From: a virus
Lineage: Duplodnaviria > Caudoviricetes
Reading direction: 5' to 3' (one strand)
Virus record (IMG/VR): IMGVR_UViG_3300025018_000059
Coordinates: 1 to 38,385 of that record
DNA: 38,385 nucleotides
Position numbers and translations under genes: made by a program. This document shows, one piece after another, positions 16,235 to 26,052 of the stretch (within the stretch, counting starts at the first letter, position 1; every line of letters starts with the position of its first letter). The notes under the pieces are model-generated. The model was not told the origin of the DNA and made no database searches. It worked only from the letters and a program-made list of their open reading frames with translations.

Positions 16235-17341
16235 ATGGCACAAGACATAACACAAGTTGAACTCGGTGCGGGTAGGATGTTTAGAGATGTCGGCGGAGTG
16301 TGGGTCGATTTGGGTTACACTATCGAAGGCACCACATTTAATTATGCGGCTACTTTAAGAGACCAGGTGTTAGACCAGACAGGCACAGAACCAGCCTATA
16401 AAACTTTGCAGGGAGAAACAGCAAGTCTTGAATTTACGCTTGTACAAAAAGACACCCTTGCAATGCAGACAGCTTTTCCATATTCCAATACTTACGCATC
16501 AGGAGATGCAAGAGCCTACGGATTTGGTGTTAATCCTGGACTGAAATCAAACAGCACTGACATTGCAGCTAAGTATAAATTTCACCCTATTAACGCATTA
16601 GGTACAAGTCGTACAGACGATTTAGACGAAAAAGGCGACGACATTATATTCTGGACAGCAACCGGATCCGGAGAAGTAAACCGTGAGTATAGTAATGATG
16701 CTGAAAGAGCCTTAAACGTTGTATTGATGGCCAACAGAGACACAAGCAGAACTACCGACCAGCTCGGTATTATCGGCGATGAGGATTTGATTACTACTCA
16801 AGTCGCTCCTACTATCCTGGGTACATATCCTTCTAATACTGACACTGATATTGCTGTAACTGATAACATTGAAATTGCAGTATCTCAGCAGTTACTCGGA
16901 GGCGTGCTGAATGGTGATGCTGAACTGTATGCAGCTAATGTTAAAATTGCATCGGCTGTGACCTATGCCGACAATCTTAGCGGTACAGCTCAGAGCGCAA
17001 CTGCCACAACTATAGTACTGGAAGCTGCTCAGACCACATTGCCAAATGATGCATTGAATGGACTGTATATCAAGATTGTATCCGGAACCGGCTCAGGCTC
17101 AGACTTAGTAGCTATTACTGATTATGTGAAAGCCACATTAACAGCGACAGTGGCAGCATGGGCAAACGGTACACCTGATAATACCTCGGTGTATGAGATT
17201 TACGGCGGGTTTATTACTATTAACCCCACAGCTTCACTTGACGCATCAACTGTTTATCAGATTGTTGTTGCTCATGTACAGGCAGAGAATACTCTGTATT
17301 TAGCTGACCCTGTATTGGCATCGTTTACGACCGCAGCATAA
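16235..17341 (+). CDS. major tail tube protein with a C-terminal Ig-like extension
   Basis: LGAG...DLGYT.EG tube motif; APTILGTYP...ITINPTASL..STVYQI...FTT Big_5-like Ig pattern. Confidence 0.8.
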   Translation: MAQDITQVELGAGRMFRDVGGVWVDLGYTIEGTTFNYAATLRDQVLDQTGTEPAYKTLQGETASLEFTLVQKDTLAMQTAFPYSNTYASGDARAYGFGVNPGLKSNSTDIAAKYKFHPINALGTSRTDDLDEKGDDIIFWTATGSGEVNREYSNDAERALNVVLMANRDTSRTTDQLGIIGDEDLITTQVAPTILGTYPSNTDTDIAVTDNIEIAVSQQLLGGVLNGDAELYAANVKIASAVTYADNLSGTAQSATATTIVLEAAQTTLPNDALNGLYIKIVSGTGSGSDLVAITDYVKATLTATVAAWANGTPDNTSVYEIYGGFITINPTASLDASTVYQIVVAHVQAENTLYLADPVLASFTTAA

Positions 17342-17346
17342 ATTAA

Positions 17347-17376
17347 GCCGGGTGTAATGCCCGGCATGTTTTTTTA
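17347..17376 (+). terminator. intrinsic terminator after the tail tube gene
   Basis: GCCGGG-TGTAATG-CCCGGC followed by ATGTTTTTTT. Confidence 0.7.
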
Positions 17377-17387
17377 AGGAATTATTT

Positions 17388-18068
17388 ATGAATGAATTTA
17401 AATCTTTTTCCCGTAACAAGCTTATAAGAATATCGCATAAAAGATATGTCTCTGTGAAAGTATTAAACATCGGGGAATCAATTATATTCAATTCTAATTT
17501 TGTAGAATGGAAAAAATGCGAACTCATTGAGATAAAATATAAAGTGATGATTAGAGGACGTGAAAAAAGAAAGTTTAGAAAGCAACACATGGAAAATGTA
17601 AGAGGCTTAAAAAAATATTTAGTGAGTGAATTGATCGATATAGCTCTGGAAAAGAAGCCACGCTATTTAAATAAAAAAGACATTGATTATATTATTAGTG
17701 AAACTATGGCAATAAACAAACAAGAAGATAGTGAAAAAGATAAAAAACCTAGTGGTAAAAAATCAAAGGTTGTTGAAAATCCTATACAGGAATTGATTGG
17801 TAAAATAGTTATAAATACAGGTTGGACAAAAAAAGATATCTTTGAGTTATACCCAGACGAACTAATGTTAATCATGGAATCAATCAACAATGCAGAAGAT
17901 CTAAAATTCATAGAACTTGAAATAATGACCTTGAATGCATCAAATCCTACTAAGGAATATTTGAATAAGTTGAAAGGCAAATTAAGAGCAGTACAATCGG
18001 GTGTAAAGAAAGGGCAACCGTTTAGAGATGAGGAAGCCTGGCAGAAATTAAAACATGGGGGCTTGTAA
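17388..18068 (+). CDS. putative tail assembly chaperone
   Basis: Position between tube and tape measure; GWTKKDIFEL pattern typical of chaperone C-terminal halves. Confidence 0.55.
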   Translation: MNEFKSFSRNKLIRISHKRYVSVKVLNIGESIIFNSNFVEWKKCELIEIKYKVMIRGREKRKFRKQHMENVRGLKKYLVSELIDIALEKKPRYLNKKDIDYIISETMAINKQEDSEKDKKPSGKKSKVVENPIQELIGKIVINTGWTKKDIFELYPDELMLIMESINNAEDLKFIELEIMTLNASNPTKEYLNKLKGKLRAVQSGVKKGQPFRDEEAWQKLKHGGL

Positions 18069-20377
18069 TGGGAATTACTGTCAATGAATTAGACGTCGTG
18101 CTAAAAGCCCAAACAGGACAATATGAGCAGGGAATAAGAAAAGCCGCCTCAAGTACTTCCACATTTGGCAGAAGTGCAGGGAAATCTTTTGCACTAGTAA
18201 CCGCAGCCGTACAGGGTTTAGGATTTCTTATAGGTAAAGTTATCAATCAGATAGGGGCATCAATCAAAGGGGCAATCAAACAGAGAAAGGCTTTTTTAGG
18301 TCTTGCCCAAGGTCTCAGGAATACAGGAGATGCAACAAAAGAAACATTAAACGAATTCAAAAGCCTTACAGCAGAATTACAAGCTAAAACTGGAGTCGGT
18401 GATGAACTACAATTTCAGGCAGCAAGGGTATTAACTACATTCAAATTAAGTGGAAAAGAAATACAAGCAGCATTGCCGGCACTGTTAGACATACAAGCTG
18501 TGGTCGGTGACATGGACGGAGACTTGACTAGTTTAGCTAATCAATTTGGAAAGGTATTGGCAGAACCGGAAAAGTTTGCCTCCTCAATGGCCAGACAAGG
18601 GATTATAATCAATAAAGAATTGCTAAAAGGCAAAACAATCGAACAGCAAAGAGCAATTATACTGAAAGAAATTAAAGAGCAATACGGCGGGCAAGCAGAA
18701 GCGATTAATAAAGCTACTTTTGGAATTGCTAACTTAAAAGCTACTATCGGGGATTTACAAGAGACTTTCGGGGAAGGTTTGCTGGAAGGTTTAGAGCCTT
18801 TTATTAAAGGTTTGCAGGCTATATTAAACTCAGGTGATGGATTTAAAAAATTTGGCTTAGTAGTAGGTAAATCAGTAGCTATAATTGGACAAATAGCATT
18901 AGTAGCTGTTCAGGGTATTAGTCAATTGATTAATGCATTCAAAGAGGCTCAAGCAATAATATCAGGAAAAAGCAAAGGTAATGTATTACAATTACAAAAA
19001 GAATTGCTGAAAGTACAAGAAGATTATTTTAAATTTGAACAAGGAAATAAGGGTGTAAGTGGAGATAAAAAAATAGGCTCTTTGAGTAAAGAGGGAGAGA
19101 TAACTGTAAGAACTGTTAAACAAGTCAGAGAAGCTTTTATAAATAAAATTAATATAATGACAAAAGAACAAGATAAATTACTTGGAAAAATGAACGGTAA
19201 AGTAAATTCATCGGCTGAATCATTGAGACTACTTAATGAAATGATTAAAGACTTTGGCAATGATCCTAGCGATGGAGATGTTTTGGATTTATTCGACTCA
19301 GTAAGTGATAAAACAATTAAAATAAATGAAAACGTAAGCGATTTAAATGAAGAAATTAAAGAAGTAGAATATTCTGCCGATGAGCTTTTAGGTATATTCG
19401 CTGATTTAGCATCAGAAATGTTGGGCGGCAATAAAGAGGCTAAAATATTAGTAGACACGATAAGCGGATTATTAAAATCTATAGTCACAGGTAATGTCCT
19501 TGGCATAATAACTACATTAATATCAGGTATTGTATCTTACTTCTCTTCTTTGCAGGATAGTACTGATGAAGTAGCTGATCAGGTCGGTTTATGGGAATCA
19601 CTCAAAGACAACATATCACTAGTGAATGATAAACTTACAGCAACATCGGCTTTAATGTCTGCATTTAGAGGAGACGAAGAACAGATATTAAGACTCACAG
19701 AAAAACAGTTAAAAATATATGAAAAACAGAATAAACTATTAGTAAGTCGATTGCAAATAGATAAAGGCGCAGCACAAAAGAATATTGACTATTTGCAAAG
19801 ATTAAATAAATTATCTCAAGGAAATATAGAATATTTAGAGTCAATTAACATTTTAGGTGTTAATAATAAAAATATACGGGCAATTAAAAGAGAGATTAAA
19901 GCACGTGAAACTTTGATAGAACAAAACCAGAAATTATTAGATAGCGCTGCTGGAATAACAGAAGCCACAGAATTAAATGCCGATGGCACTATTAAAAACC
20001 TTGAGGCTTTTGAGAAATTACTTGATGCAGAAAATGATCCAGATCGCAGGTCTGTACTGCAAGAAATACTAGACAACAATAATTTAATCCTGGACTCCAA
20101 AGAAAAAGAGCTGGAAGTGGAAGAGACTATAAACGATGCTATTAAAGAGCGGATTAGATTGACACGTGAGCTTGCCGGATTTGTTGACGTTCAAAATGTG
20201 AGTAGACAACGACAGATAGAAAATGAGTTAAGAGCCTCTGGACTATCTGGATCCGCACTTAATACAGAATTACAAAGTGCCGGGGTAGTGGGGGGCAGTG
20301 TGGGCGATAGCATCGGCACAATAATTAATAGTTACTACATAACGACTGCGGATAACATCGCAGATGCAAACGATTAA
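18068..20377 (+). CDS. tape measure protein
   Basis: 769 aa, helical; ELDVVLKA N-terminus; LQAKTGVGDE and YGGQAEA motifs. Confidence 0.88.
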   Translation: MGITVNELDVVLKAQTGQYEQGIRKAASSTSTFGRSAGKSFALVTAAVQGLGFLIGKVINQIGASIKGAIKQRKAFLGLAQGLRNTGDATKETLNEFKSLTAELQAKTGVGDELQFQAARVLTTFKLSGKEIQAALPALLDIQAVVGDMDGDLTSLANQFGKVLAEPEKFASSMARQGIIINKELLKGKTIEQQRAIILKEIKEQYGGQAEAINKATFGIANLKATIGDLQETFGEGLLEGLEPFIKGLQAILNSGDGFKKFGLVVGKSVAIIGQIALVAVQGISQLINAFKEAQAIISGKSKGNVLQLQKELLKVQEDYFKFEQGNKGVSGDKKIGSLSKEGEITVRTVKQVREAFINKINIMTKEQDKLLGKMNGKVNSSAESLRLLNEMIKDFGNDPSDGDVLDLFDSVSDKTIKINENVSDLNEEIKEVEYSADELLGIFADLASEMLGGNKEAKILVDTISGLLKSIVTGNVLGIITTLISGIVSYFSSLQDSTDEVADQVGLWESLKDNISLVNDKLTATSALMSAFRGDEEQILRLTEKQLKIYEKQNKLLVSRLQIDKGAAQKNIDYLQRLNKLSQGNIEYLESINILGVNNKNIRAIKREIKARETLIEQNQKLLDSAAGITEATELNADGTIKNLEAFEKLLDAENDPDRRSVLQEILDNNNLILDSKEKELEVEETINDAIKERIRLTRELAGFVDVQNVSRQRQIENELRASGLSGSALNTELQSAGVVGGSVGDSIGTIINSYYITTADNIADAND

Positions 20378-20388
20378 GGAGAGATAGA

Positions 20389-21906
20389 ATGGCAACTGTA
20401 CACGGATTTGACGTTAACAGCACTACGATAGCAAAAGCATGGAATGTGAAACGGTCTGACTTTTTGACAAGAGAATTAAGAACTACAAACAATCAAATAC
20501 AAAACTACATTAATGATCTTATTACAGATGGATATAGTTTAGTTGATGCGCCGGCAAATGGAACAATTAATCTTACTGCATTATCAAATTCAGCGCATAA
20601 ATATCTTGTAGTATGGCAAACAAATAGCCCAACAAATACACTTAATGTTACTCTTTCAGAAACCATGACAGATACAGGCGGGTCAATTATAACTAATAAT
20701 GGACATGTAATTATCTTAGGTGTAAAACTCAATGCTGAATATGTGGTAACTGATTATGATTTATCACTAACTATTGTGTTTGATACGGCAGGGGATTATG
20801 GCCACATCTTGCTATTAAAAAACGTTAATTATTTTAGCTCAGGCACTTTAAGTGCTGTAAAATTAGATTGGATTAACAGCACAATAAATGCGAATGACCA
20901 CACGGTAGGTGGTGCAGTATCTAACTGGCAGATTGATAATACAATAATTCATGCATCAGGAGTATTTTCTTTTACTTATACAGAATCATTAACAATGAAT
21001 AATAATAGATATGAAGTAGATCAACGTCTTGATCATACAGTGGACACTACGCACATATTGACATTTACAAATTGTATATTCAGTCCTGAAATAGTAATAG
21101 GTGATTTAAATAGTGATTATAGATTTATTGATGGTGGTACAGGAACAAATTATATAAATTTTAATAATTCTTTAGTAGAAAATATGATATTAGTTTGTAC
21201 AAGTCAAACAAATGAAGGGTCAATTATATATTATAATAATATTACTCCTAGTTTTAATAGCAGTTCAAATTATAATATTAAATCATCTAATAATAATAGG
21301 CATACATTTTTACCTAAAGATGTGACAGAATGGACTATACCAATTATCGACATAATAAATAATGCTAATTATAGCTCTGTGGACGTCCGGAAAACAACTG
21401 TACTGGAAAATATTAGAGTGGCAGGTAATGAATTTAATCGCCGCTATTATGTTTTGGATTTTGGCAGAATGGTAAATGTTGACAGGTCAATGAAAACTAT
21501 GTTTGCTCAAGAGCAAGCATTATTTGTAATCAAAAGAGATGACATTAATACTGATTTAGTGACTACGGGAAAAGTAGTTAATAATCTATCTCTGTATGAC
21601 TCAGACGGGACAACACTATTTGACTATCGAAATAATGAAAATTTCTTTTTAGTTTTGCAGGACTCAGACGATAATTATAGCGTTGTCGGCTGGTGGGGTG
21701 GCTTATTGTACCCTACTGTATTTGCCGATTACTACGATAACAGAGAATACGCAATAATTACAGCCTTTCAAATATTGGAGCCTCCTGCGAATAACTCATG
21801 GAGAAATGCGCCCACAGACGGGGATTATGATAACTATAATGCTAATATTGAACATAGCAATCAATATCAGGACATGACAAGCATATTTATTGACAGAAAT
21901 GCATAG
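20389..21906 (+). CDS. tail tip protein with a possible beta-helix region
   Basis: 505 aa after the tape measure; N/T/I-rich repeats (FTNCIF, FNNSLV). Confidence 0.55.
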   Translation: MATVHGFDVNSTTIAKAWNVKRSDFLTRELRTTNNQIQNYINDLITDGYSLVDAPANGTINLTALSNSAHKYLVVWQTNSPTNTLNVTLSETMTDTGGSIITNNGHVIILGVKLNAEYVVTDYDLSLTIVFDTAGDYGHILLLKNVNYFSSGTLSAVKLDWINSTINANDHTVGGAVSNWQIDNTIIHASGVFSFTYTESLTMNNNRYEVDQRLDHTVDTTHILTFTNCIFSPEIVIGDLNSDYRFIDGGTGTNYINFNNSLVENMILVCTSQTNEGSIIYYNNITPSFNSSSNYNIKSSNNNRHTFLPKDVTEWTIPIIDIINNANYSSVDVRKTTVLENIRVAGNEFNRRYYVLDFGRMVNVDRSMKTMFAQEQALFVIKRDDINTDLVTTGKVVNNLSLYDSDGTTLFDYRNNENFFLVLQDSDDNYSVVGWWGGLLYPTVFADYYDNREYAIITAFQILEPPANNSWRNAPTDGDYDNYNANIEHSNQYQDMTSIFIDRNA

Positions 21907-21914
21907 GGGGCAAA

Positions 21915-23180
21915 ATGTTTATTTGTTTTGAAGTTGAAAAAGTAAAGCAATCAAAAAATAGACTACTTAAAGAGCAGGTATTTTATCAAATTCCCGATAC
22001 TAATCAAACAGAGGTCGAGGGTATTGAGAATGATGGCGACACTGGGATATACACTAAGCTCTATGAGCAAGACCAATTAACGCCACGGAAACTTGAGAAT
22101 AAAAGCGTGTTCACTAAAGTGCCTCAATATCTTGGCAGTTTTCCACTCACAGGGACACTAAAATCTATTGCAGACATGGAGACATTGACAGGGATAAACA
22201 TAGAGCAGAATTTTGTTAATACCGATGACTTCCACATAAGAGCTGAAAAGTACACTGATATCTTATCATCGTTTTGGTACACTGTATTCACTTCTAGCGG
22301 GCTTGAATTTATCACTCCGGATGCAAGCGGGGCGGATAAAGGACAGGTGTTCAAAGATGACATTATCTCCAGTGTTCAAACTGACAAGATTTTCAACTAC
22401 ACCGGGGAAACTGGAGCTGACATATTAATTAGTGCCAGTTCGGGCGTACTGCCTGAGCTAATTACAGACGTTTATAAAAATATGGCGGTATCAAAAGAAA
22501 TATCCAGAAATAATTATATTATATTCCGGTCCAATGAAATCATGGAGCCTGGAGATTATGTCCGATTGTATGAGTCAGTCCGGTATTATAACGGAACTGC
22601 TTATCAGTATGAAACTAGGCATATCGTATTATCAGGTCGTAAAATTGACGCAATGACTTATGAATATACGGCTGTTTTAGTAGTCTCATTTGATGCTACA
22701 TACGTTGGTGCAGATGTTACGCCTGAAAGGATACTTGTGGGTGGCACAGCGAGAACAATTATTGATGCCTGGCAAGATAGCGGGGTTATTTATGCAAATA
22801 ATGTAGCGGCAGGAACTGTTATTATATTTGACCAAGAGGTCACAGATACCAATTCCGAGTATAATCCAGCTACAGGGGTGTTTACGCCAAATGCAACAAA
22901 ACTAGTATCTATATCCGCAAAATTAAGTTTTAATTCTGTTGTTGACCAAAAAGTGATAAGATTAACGTTATGTAATGGTGCGACTGGCGCAATACTAACC
23001 GTATCCGATCAATACGCAAGTGGGACTGTACACCATGCAGTTTTTAAAGAGGTTTATAAAGTCGAATTGGGTACAACATACGCAATTAGAATCAGACAGA
23101 TAAATGGTAAAAGTATTACCAGTTACAATCCAGGAACAGACCCATATTTTAACCAGTTGTTAATATATGAATTATTATAA
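21915..23180 (+). CDS. tail/receptor-binding protein with a C-terminal C1q-like domain
   Basis: IIFDQEVTDTNSEYNPATGVFTP pattern matches C1q-like domains; last gene before lysis. Confidence 0.6.
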   Translation: MFICFEVEKVKQSKNRLLKEQVFYQIPDTNQTEVEGIENDGDTGIYTKLYEQDQLTPRKLENKSVFTKVPQYLGSFPLTGTLKSIADMETLTGINIEQNFVNTDDFHIRAEKYTDILSSFWYTVFTSSGLEFITPDASGADKGQVFKDDIISSVQTDKIFNYTGETGADILISASSGVLPELITDVYKNMAVSKEISRNNYIIFRSNEIMEPGDYVRLYESVRYYNGTAYQYETRHIVLSGRKIDAMTYEYTAVLVVSFDATYVGADVTPERILVGGTARTIIDAWQDSGVIYANNVAAGTVIIFDQEVTDTNSEYNPATGVFTPNATKLVSISAKLSFNSVVDQKVIRLTLCNGATGAILTVSDQYASGTVHHAVFKEVYKVELGTTYAIRIRQINGKSITSYNPGTDPYFNQLLIYELL

Positions 23181-23218
23181 TGACATAGTATATTCAAATA
23201 TAATATAGGGGTTTATAA

Positions 23219-23608
23219 ATGGCACAGGATAACAATGAGCTAAATTTAATTTTATCGAAAATACAAGATACTAATAGTAAAATTGATGATTTGTCTAGCT
23301 ACGTAAAAAATAATTTTCAAGAGCTGTATGGTAAACACGATAAACTCACTGATAAAATAAGCAATCTAGTGACAAAATATGAATTGCTTAAAATGGAGCT
23401 GGATAATCATAAAGCCGATGAAAAAGAGAGTATTAAAAAACAGGGTGAGCGCATCGGGGCTATAGAGGGAAATTCAGTGCTTAAAAATGACGACCGTTTT
23501 AAATGGCTCAAACAATTGATTACTACAATGGCTATAGTGTTGACATCATTAGGCATATTGATCGCAGCCGGATATAAATTATTTTTATCAATGGGAGTTA
23601 TAAAATGA
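23219..23608 (+). CDS. coiled-coil protein with a C-terminal TM helix (holin/XhlA-like)
   Basis: Coiled coil then KWLKQLITTMAIVLTSLGILIAAG; lysis module. Confidence 0.6.
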   Translation: MAQDNNELNLILSKIQDTNSKIDDLSSYVKNNFQELYGKHDKLTDKISNLVTKYELLKMELDNHKADEKESIKKQGERIGAIEGNSVLKNDDRFKWLKQLITTMAIVLTSLGILIAAGYKLFLSMGVIK

Positions 23609-23856
23609 AAAAACTTGAGAGTAAAAAATTTATGATAGTTTTGCTAGTCATCGGAATTTTGACGCTATTGATTATAATGAGCTTTATACTTTCAAACAGC
23701 ACTAAGATAGCAGATAAAGTATATGGATTTGTTTCAATGGCTCAGAGCATCGGGCTAGTGCTAGCGGGTGGAATTGTAACCTATTTTATCGGTCAATCCT
23801 ATATTGACGGTCGAAAAGAGTACAAAAATATAGTAAAAATTGACGATAACAAATAG
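23605..23856 (+). CDS. putative holin (2 TM)
   Basis: KLESKKF N-terminus, two TM segments, YFIGQSYID. Confidence 0.65.
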   Translation: MKKLESKKFMIVLLVIGILTLLIIMSFILSNSTKIADKVYGFVSMAQSIGLVLAGGIVTYFIGQSYIDGRKEYKNIVKIDDNK

Positions 23857-23982
23857 AGTTAAATGTATATATAGCAGTAACATAGATTTGCCATACAGAG
23901 GCTTATTTTATCGCTATATGTATAAATACAGTATTTAAAGCAAAATAGAGGCTTGTAGGGCAATAAATAGAGGAGTATAAAG

Positions 23983-24441
23983 ATGCCAGGTTTTTCAAAG
24001 TTAAGTAGAAGTAGACTAATGACATGTCACCCTGACTTGATAACAATAGCAGAAACAGCTATAAAATATTATGACTTCTCAGTGATATGCGGTAAGAGGG
24101 AAAAAATAGAACAGGAAGCTGCTTACAAAAAAGGCTACTCAAAACTGCATTATCCAGACTCCCGGCATAATCAATCAGTGATAATGAAAGACGACTCTAT
24201 AAGCGATGCTATGGACTTAGCTCCATATAGCAATAAATTAAAAGCGGTCGACTGGGATAATTTAGAGGCCTTTAGATTTTTAGGCGGGTTGATAATTGGC
24301 ATATCAGAAATGCTATACTCAGAAGGAAAAATACACCACCGTGTAAGATGGGGCGGGGACTGGAATGGCTACAAAGATTACTACAATGATTTTAAGGATC
24401 AGAAATTTATTGACCTGCCACATTTTGAACTAATACCATAG
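23983..24441 (+). CDS. endolysin, peptidase M15 (L-Ala-D-Glu peptidase, T5-like)
   Basis: FSK.S..RL..CHPDL, G.R...EQ, SRH, A.DLAPY, RWGGDW, DLPHFEL. Confidence 0.92.
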   Translation: MPGFSKLSRSRLMTCHPDLITIAETAIKYYDFSVICGKREKIEQEAAYKKGYSKLHYPDSRHNQSVIMKDDSISDAMDLAPYSNKLKAVDWDNLEAFRFLGGLIIGISEMLYSEGKIHHRVRWGGDWNGYKDYYNDFKDQKFIDLPHFELIP

Positions 24442-24449
24442 GGGGATAT

Positions 24450-24737
24450 ATGACATTGAAATGCCCGATTTGGATTATAATAATTACTGTCATCGTATCA
24501 ATGGGCGGCGGGTTTGCAATCGGCAAGATGACGCAGCCTATTACTGTCAACAACATATCTACAGCGACTAGCATCAGCCAAGCTAACTCTTATGCAGTAT
24601 CCGGGACTATTACAATCAGGGATAAAAACGCAACGGGTCTTGTGATGCTGTCTATCAAGGGATTGACTAATATCAATGCCTATACAGTGATTAATGGAGT
24701 AACTAACATAGTCACAAATATGATTATAATAAAATAA
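24450..24737 (+). CDS. membrane-anchored protein of the lysis cassette
   Basis: N-terminal TM helix; follows the endolysin. Confidence 0.55.
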   Translation: MTLKCPIWIIIITVIVSMGGGFAIGKMTQPITVNNISTATSISQANSYAVSGTITIRDKNATGLVMLSIKGLTNINAYTVINGVTNIVTNMIIIK

Positions 24738-24761
24738 GCCTCCTCACTTCATTCTGTACTA

Positions 24762-24794
24762 ATGCCCCCGACTTGTCATCGGGGGTTATTTATT
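24762..24794. terminator. terminator between convergent operons
   Basis: CCCCCGA-CTTGTCA-TCGGGGG followed by TTATTTATT. Confidence 0.7.
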
Positions 24795-25086
24795 CAGCAA
24801 TCCACTCTAAATATGTTTCCTTTCTGTTTTGAGAATCACCTCTCCAACATCTAAGTGTTGCAAATTCAAAACTCTCGTTATTTTCATCCCATATATCAAT
24901 CTCATTGCCTTGCTGGTCAATAATGTAGTCGATATAATCAAATTCATCGCAGTCATAAAATAGACCAAATATCCAGCCATTCTTTGATTTAAAATCTACT
25001 GTCATTCCCCAAAACTCCATAGATGTCTCAGGATAAATAAGAGAGTCGGCTTCATCTAATATTAAAAATAATAATTCTTTATTCAT
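24790..25086 (-). CDS. acidic hypothetical protein
   Basis: 98 aa, AGGAGGT RBS. Confidence 0.75.
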   Translation of the reverse strand: MNKELLFLILDEADSLIYPETSMEFWGMTVDFKSKNGWIFGLFYDCDEFDYIDYIIDQQGNEIDIWDENNESFEFATLRCWRGDSQNRKETYLEWIAE

Positions 25087-25087
25087 G

Positions 25088-25252
25088 CTACCTCCTATAA
25101 TCTTCTGTCTTGCGATTTCTTAAAAATATCTCAATAAAGTCATTGATCGCTTTATCTGTCATTTCGGTGTAAATATCAGCATCGACAAAATCATGATTAT
25201 ATAGATACACATTCCACTCTGAGATCATGCTGTATAGGTCTGCTTTATTCAT
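25088..25252 (-). CDS. small hypothetical protein (54 aa, not in ORF track)
   Basis: AGGAGG RBS; MNKADLYSMISEWNVYLYNHDFVD... Confidence 0.55.
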   Translation of the reverse strand: MNKADLYSMISEWNVYLYNHDFVDADIYTEMTDKAINDFIEIFLRNRKTEDYRR

Positions 25253-25901
25253 TATTACCCTCCTGAAATCTGTTTTTAAGTACTTGTATTCTAGTGTCTT
25301 TATCCATACCGCTTAGAATTAAATCACCGTTAAGCCTTTCGGCATTATTTAAATCAAGTAATTTTGAATTGACAACTGCATCCCTTGTATTTACACAATC
25401 ATTTACTGCTTGAAAATCTTTTGCAGTCATACCTAAGATTATTTTATTTACCATATCAGCCTCATTAGCATAATCTATAGGACGAGCTTGCGGGTTCATT
25501 TTACATATAGCCGATGTTTGATGTTTATAACCCTCTTTTGCTAATACTCTTGTTGTTATTAAAGTGTTCATTGCTTCAAAGGCTTCTATGTAGGCTTGTT
25601 TAAACTGGATAGCTTTTTTTCCTGTAAAACTCATTATTATCATTGTGATTGATTTTCTATTAAGTAAATAAGCTTTTCTATCTTCACCTTTAGCATCTTT
25701 TATTTTAACGGGCTTAAAATTAAGCCGGTCAAAATTATCTACTACATGAGGGAGTATTTCTTTTTCAATTTTAGCAATAACATTTTTATGATCTTTTTCA
25801 AAAAGCTTAGATATATCTTTAGTGCTTACCCAAGCATCACCACCTTTTTCAAATATCCCAAGTTCAGCAATCCCATCTCTAATACTAACATCGTACTCCA
25901 T
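25245..25901 (-). CDS. rha: Rha-family phage regulatory protein
   Basis: VST.DISKLFEKDHKNVI..I, KDAKGE.RKAYLL, MSFTGKKA.QFK.AYIEAF..M; AGGAG RBS before ATG 25901. Confidence 0.9.
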   Translation of the reverse strand: MEYDVSIRDGIAELGIFEKGGDAWVSTKDISKLFEKDHKNVIAKIEKEILPHVVDNFDRLNFKPVKIKDAKGEDRKAYLLNRKSITMIIMSFTGKKAIQFKQAYIEAFEAMNTLITTRVLAKEGYKHQTSAICKMNPQARPIDYANEADMVNKIILGMTAKDFQAVNDCVNTRDAVVNSKLLDLNNAERLNGDLILSGMDKDTRIQVLKNRFQEGNNE

Positions 25902-25916
25902 ACTATACTCTCCTGA

Positions 25917-26018
25917 TAAAAAAAAGAGTACACTTTTACAACCCATCCCGAAGGATTCACCCGGATTATAATCATGTACTCTTTTTACAACATTGATAAG
26001 GGGTGAACTAATCATGTC
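25917..26018 (-). ncRNA. structured leader RNA, copy B
   Basis: Hairpin loop TTCACCC; long hairpin AAAAAGAGTACA...TGTACTCTTTTT containing GGGTGAA and sub-hairpin TCC-TTCG-GGA. Confidence 0.8.
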
Positions 26019-26023
26019 AAATA

Positions 26024-26052
26024 ATTATACCACGGCACAGGTAAAAAGTCAA
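26024..26052 (-). promoter_or_regulatory. leftward sigma70-type promoter
   Basis: TTGACT-17 nt-TATAAT with extended -10 TG. Confidence 0.8.

Noticed and set aside
17388-18068. Programmed -1 frameshift in the tail chaperone
   Set aside because: A single ORF already fills the whole tube-to-tape-measure gap, so no second frame is needed
2627-22363. Numerous minus-strand ORFs in the track (e.g. 2891-3385, 8552-9091, 19024-19506)
   Set aside because: Antisense shadows of well-supported plus-strand genes, with no RBS or recognisable motifs
20389-23180. Diversity-generating retroelement acting on tail genes
   Set aside because: No reverse transcriptase and no template/variable repeat pair seen
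24450-24737. Host assignment from the TN-rich membrane protein and SSB style (spirochaete-like impression)
   Set aside because: Compositional impression only; not supportable without searches
25902-26015. ORF-track N-terminal extension of Rha (and similarly 35518-35553 and 9536-9610)
   Set aside because: These stretches are promoter-proximal structured leaders; the RBSs lie at downstream ATGs
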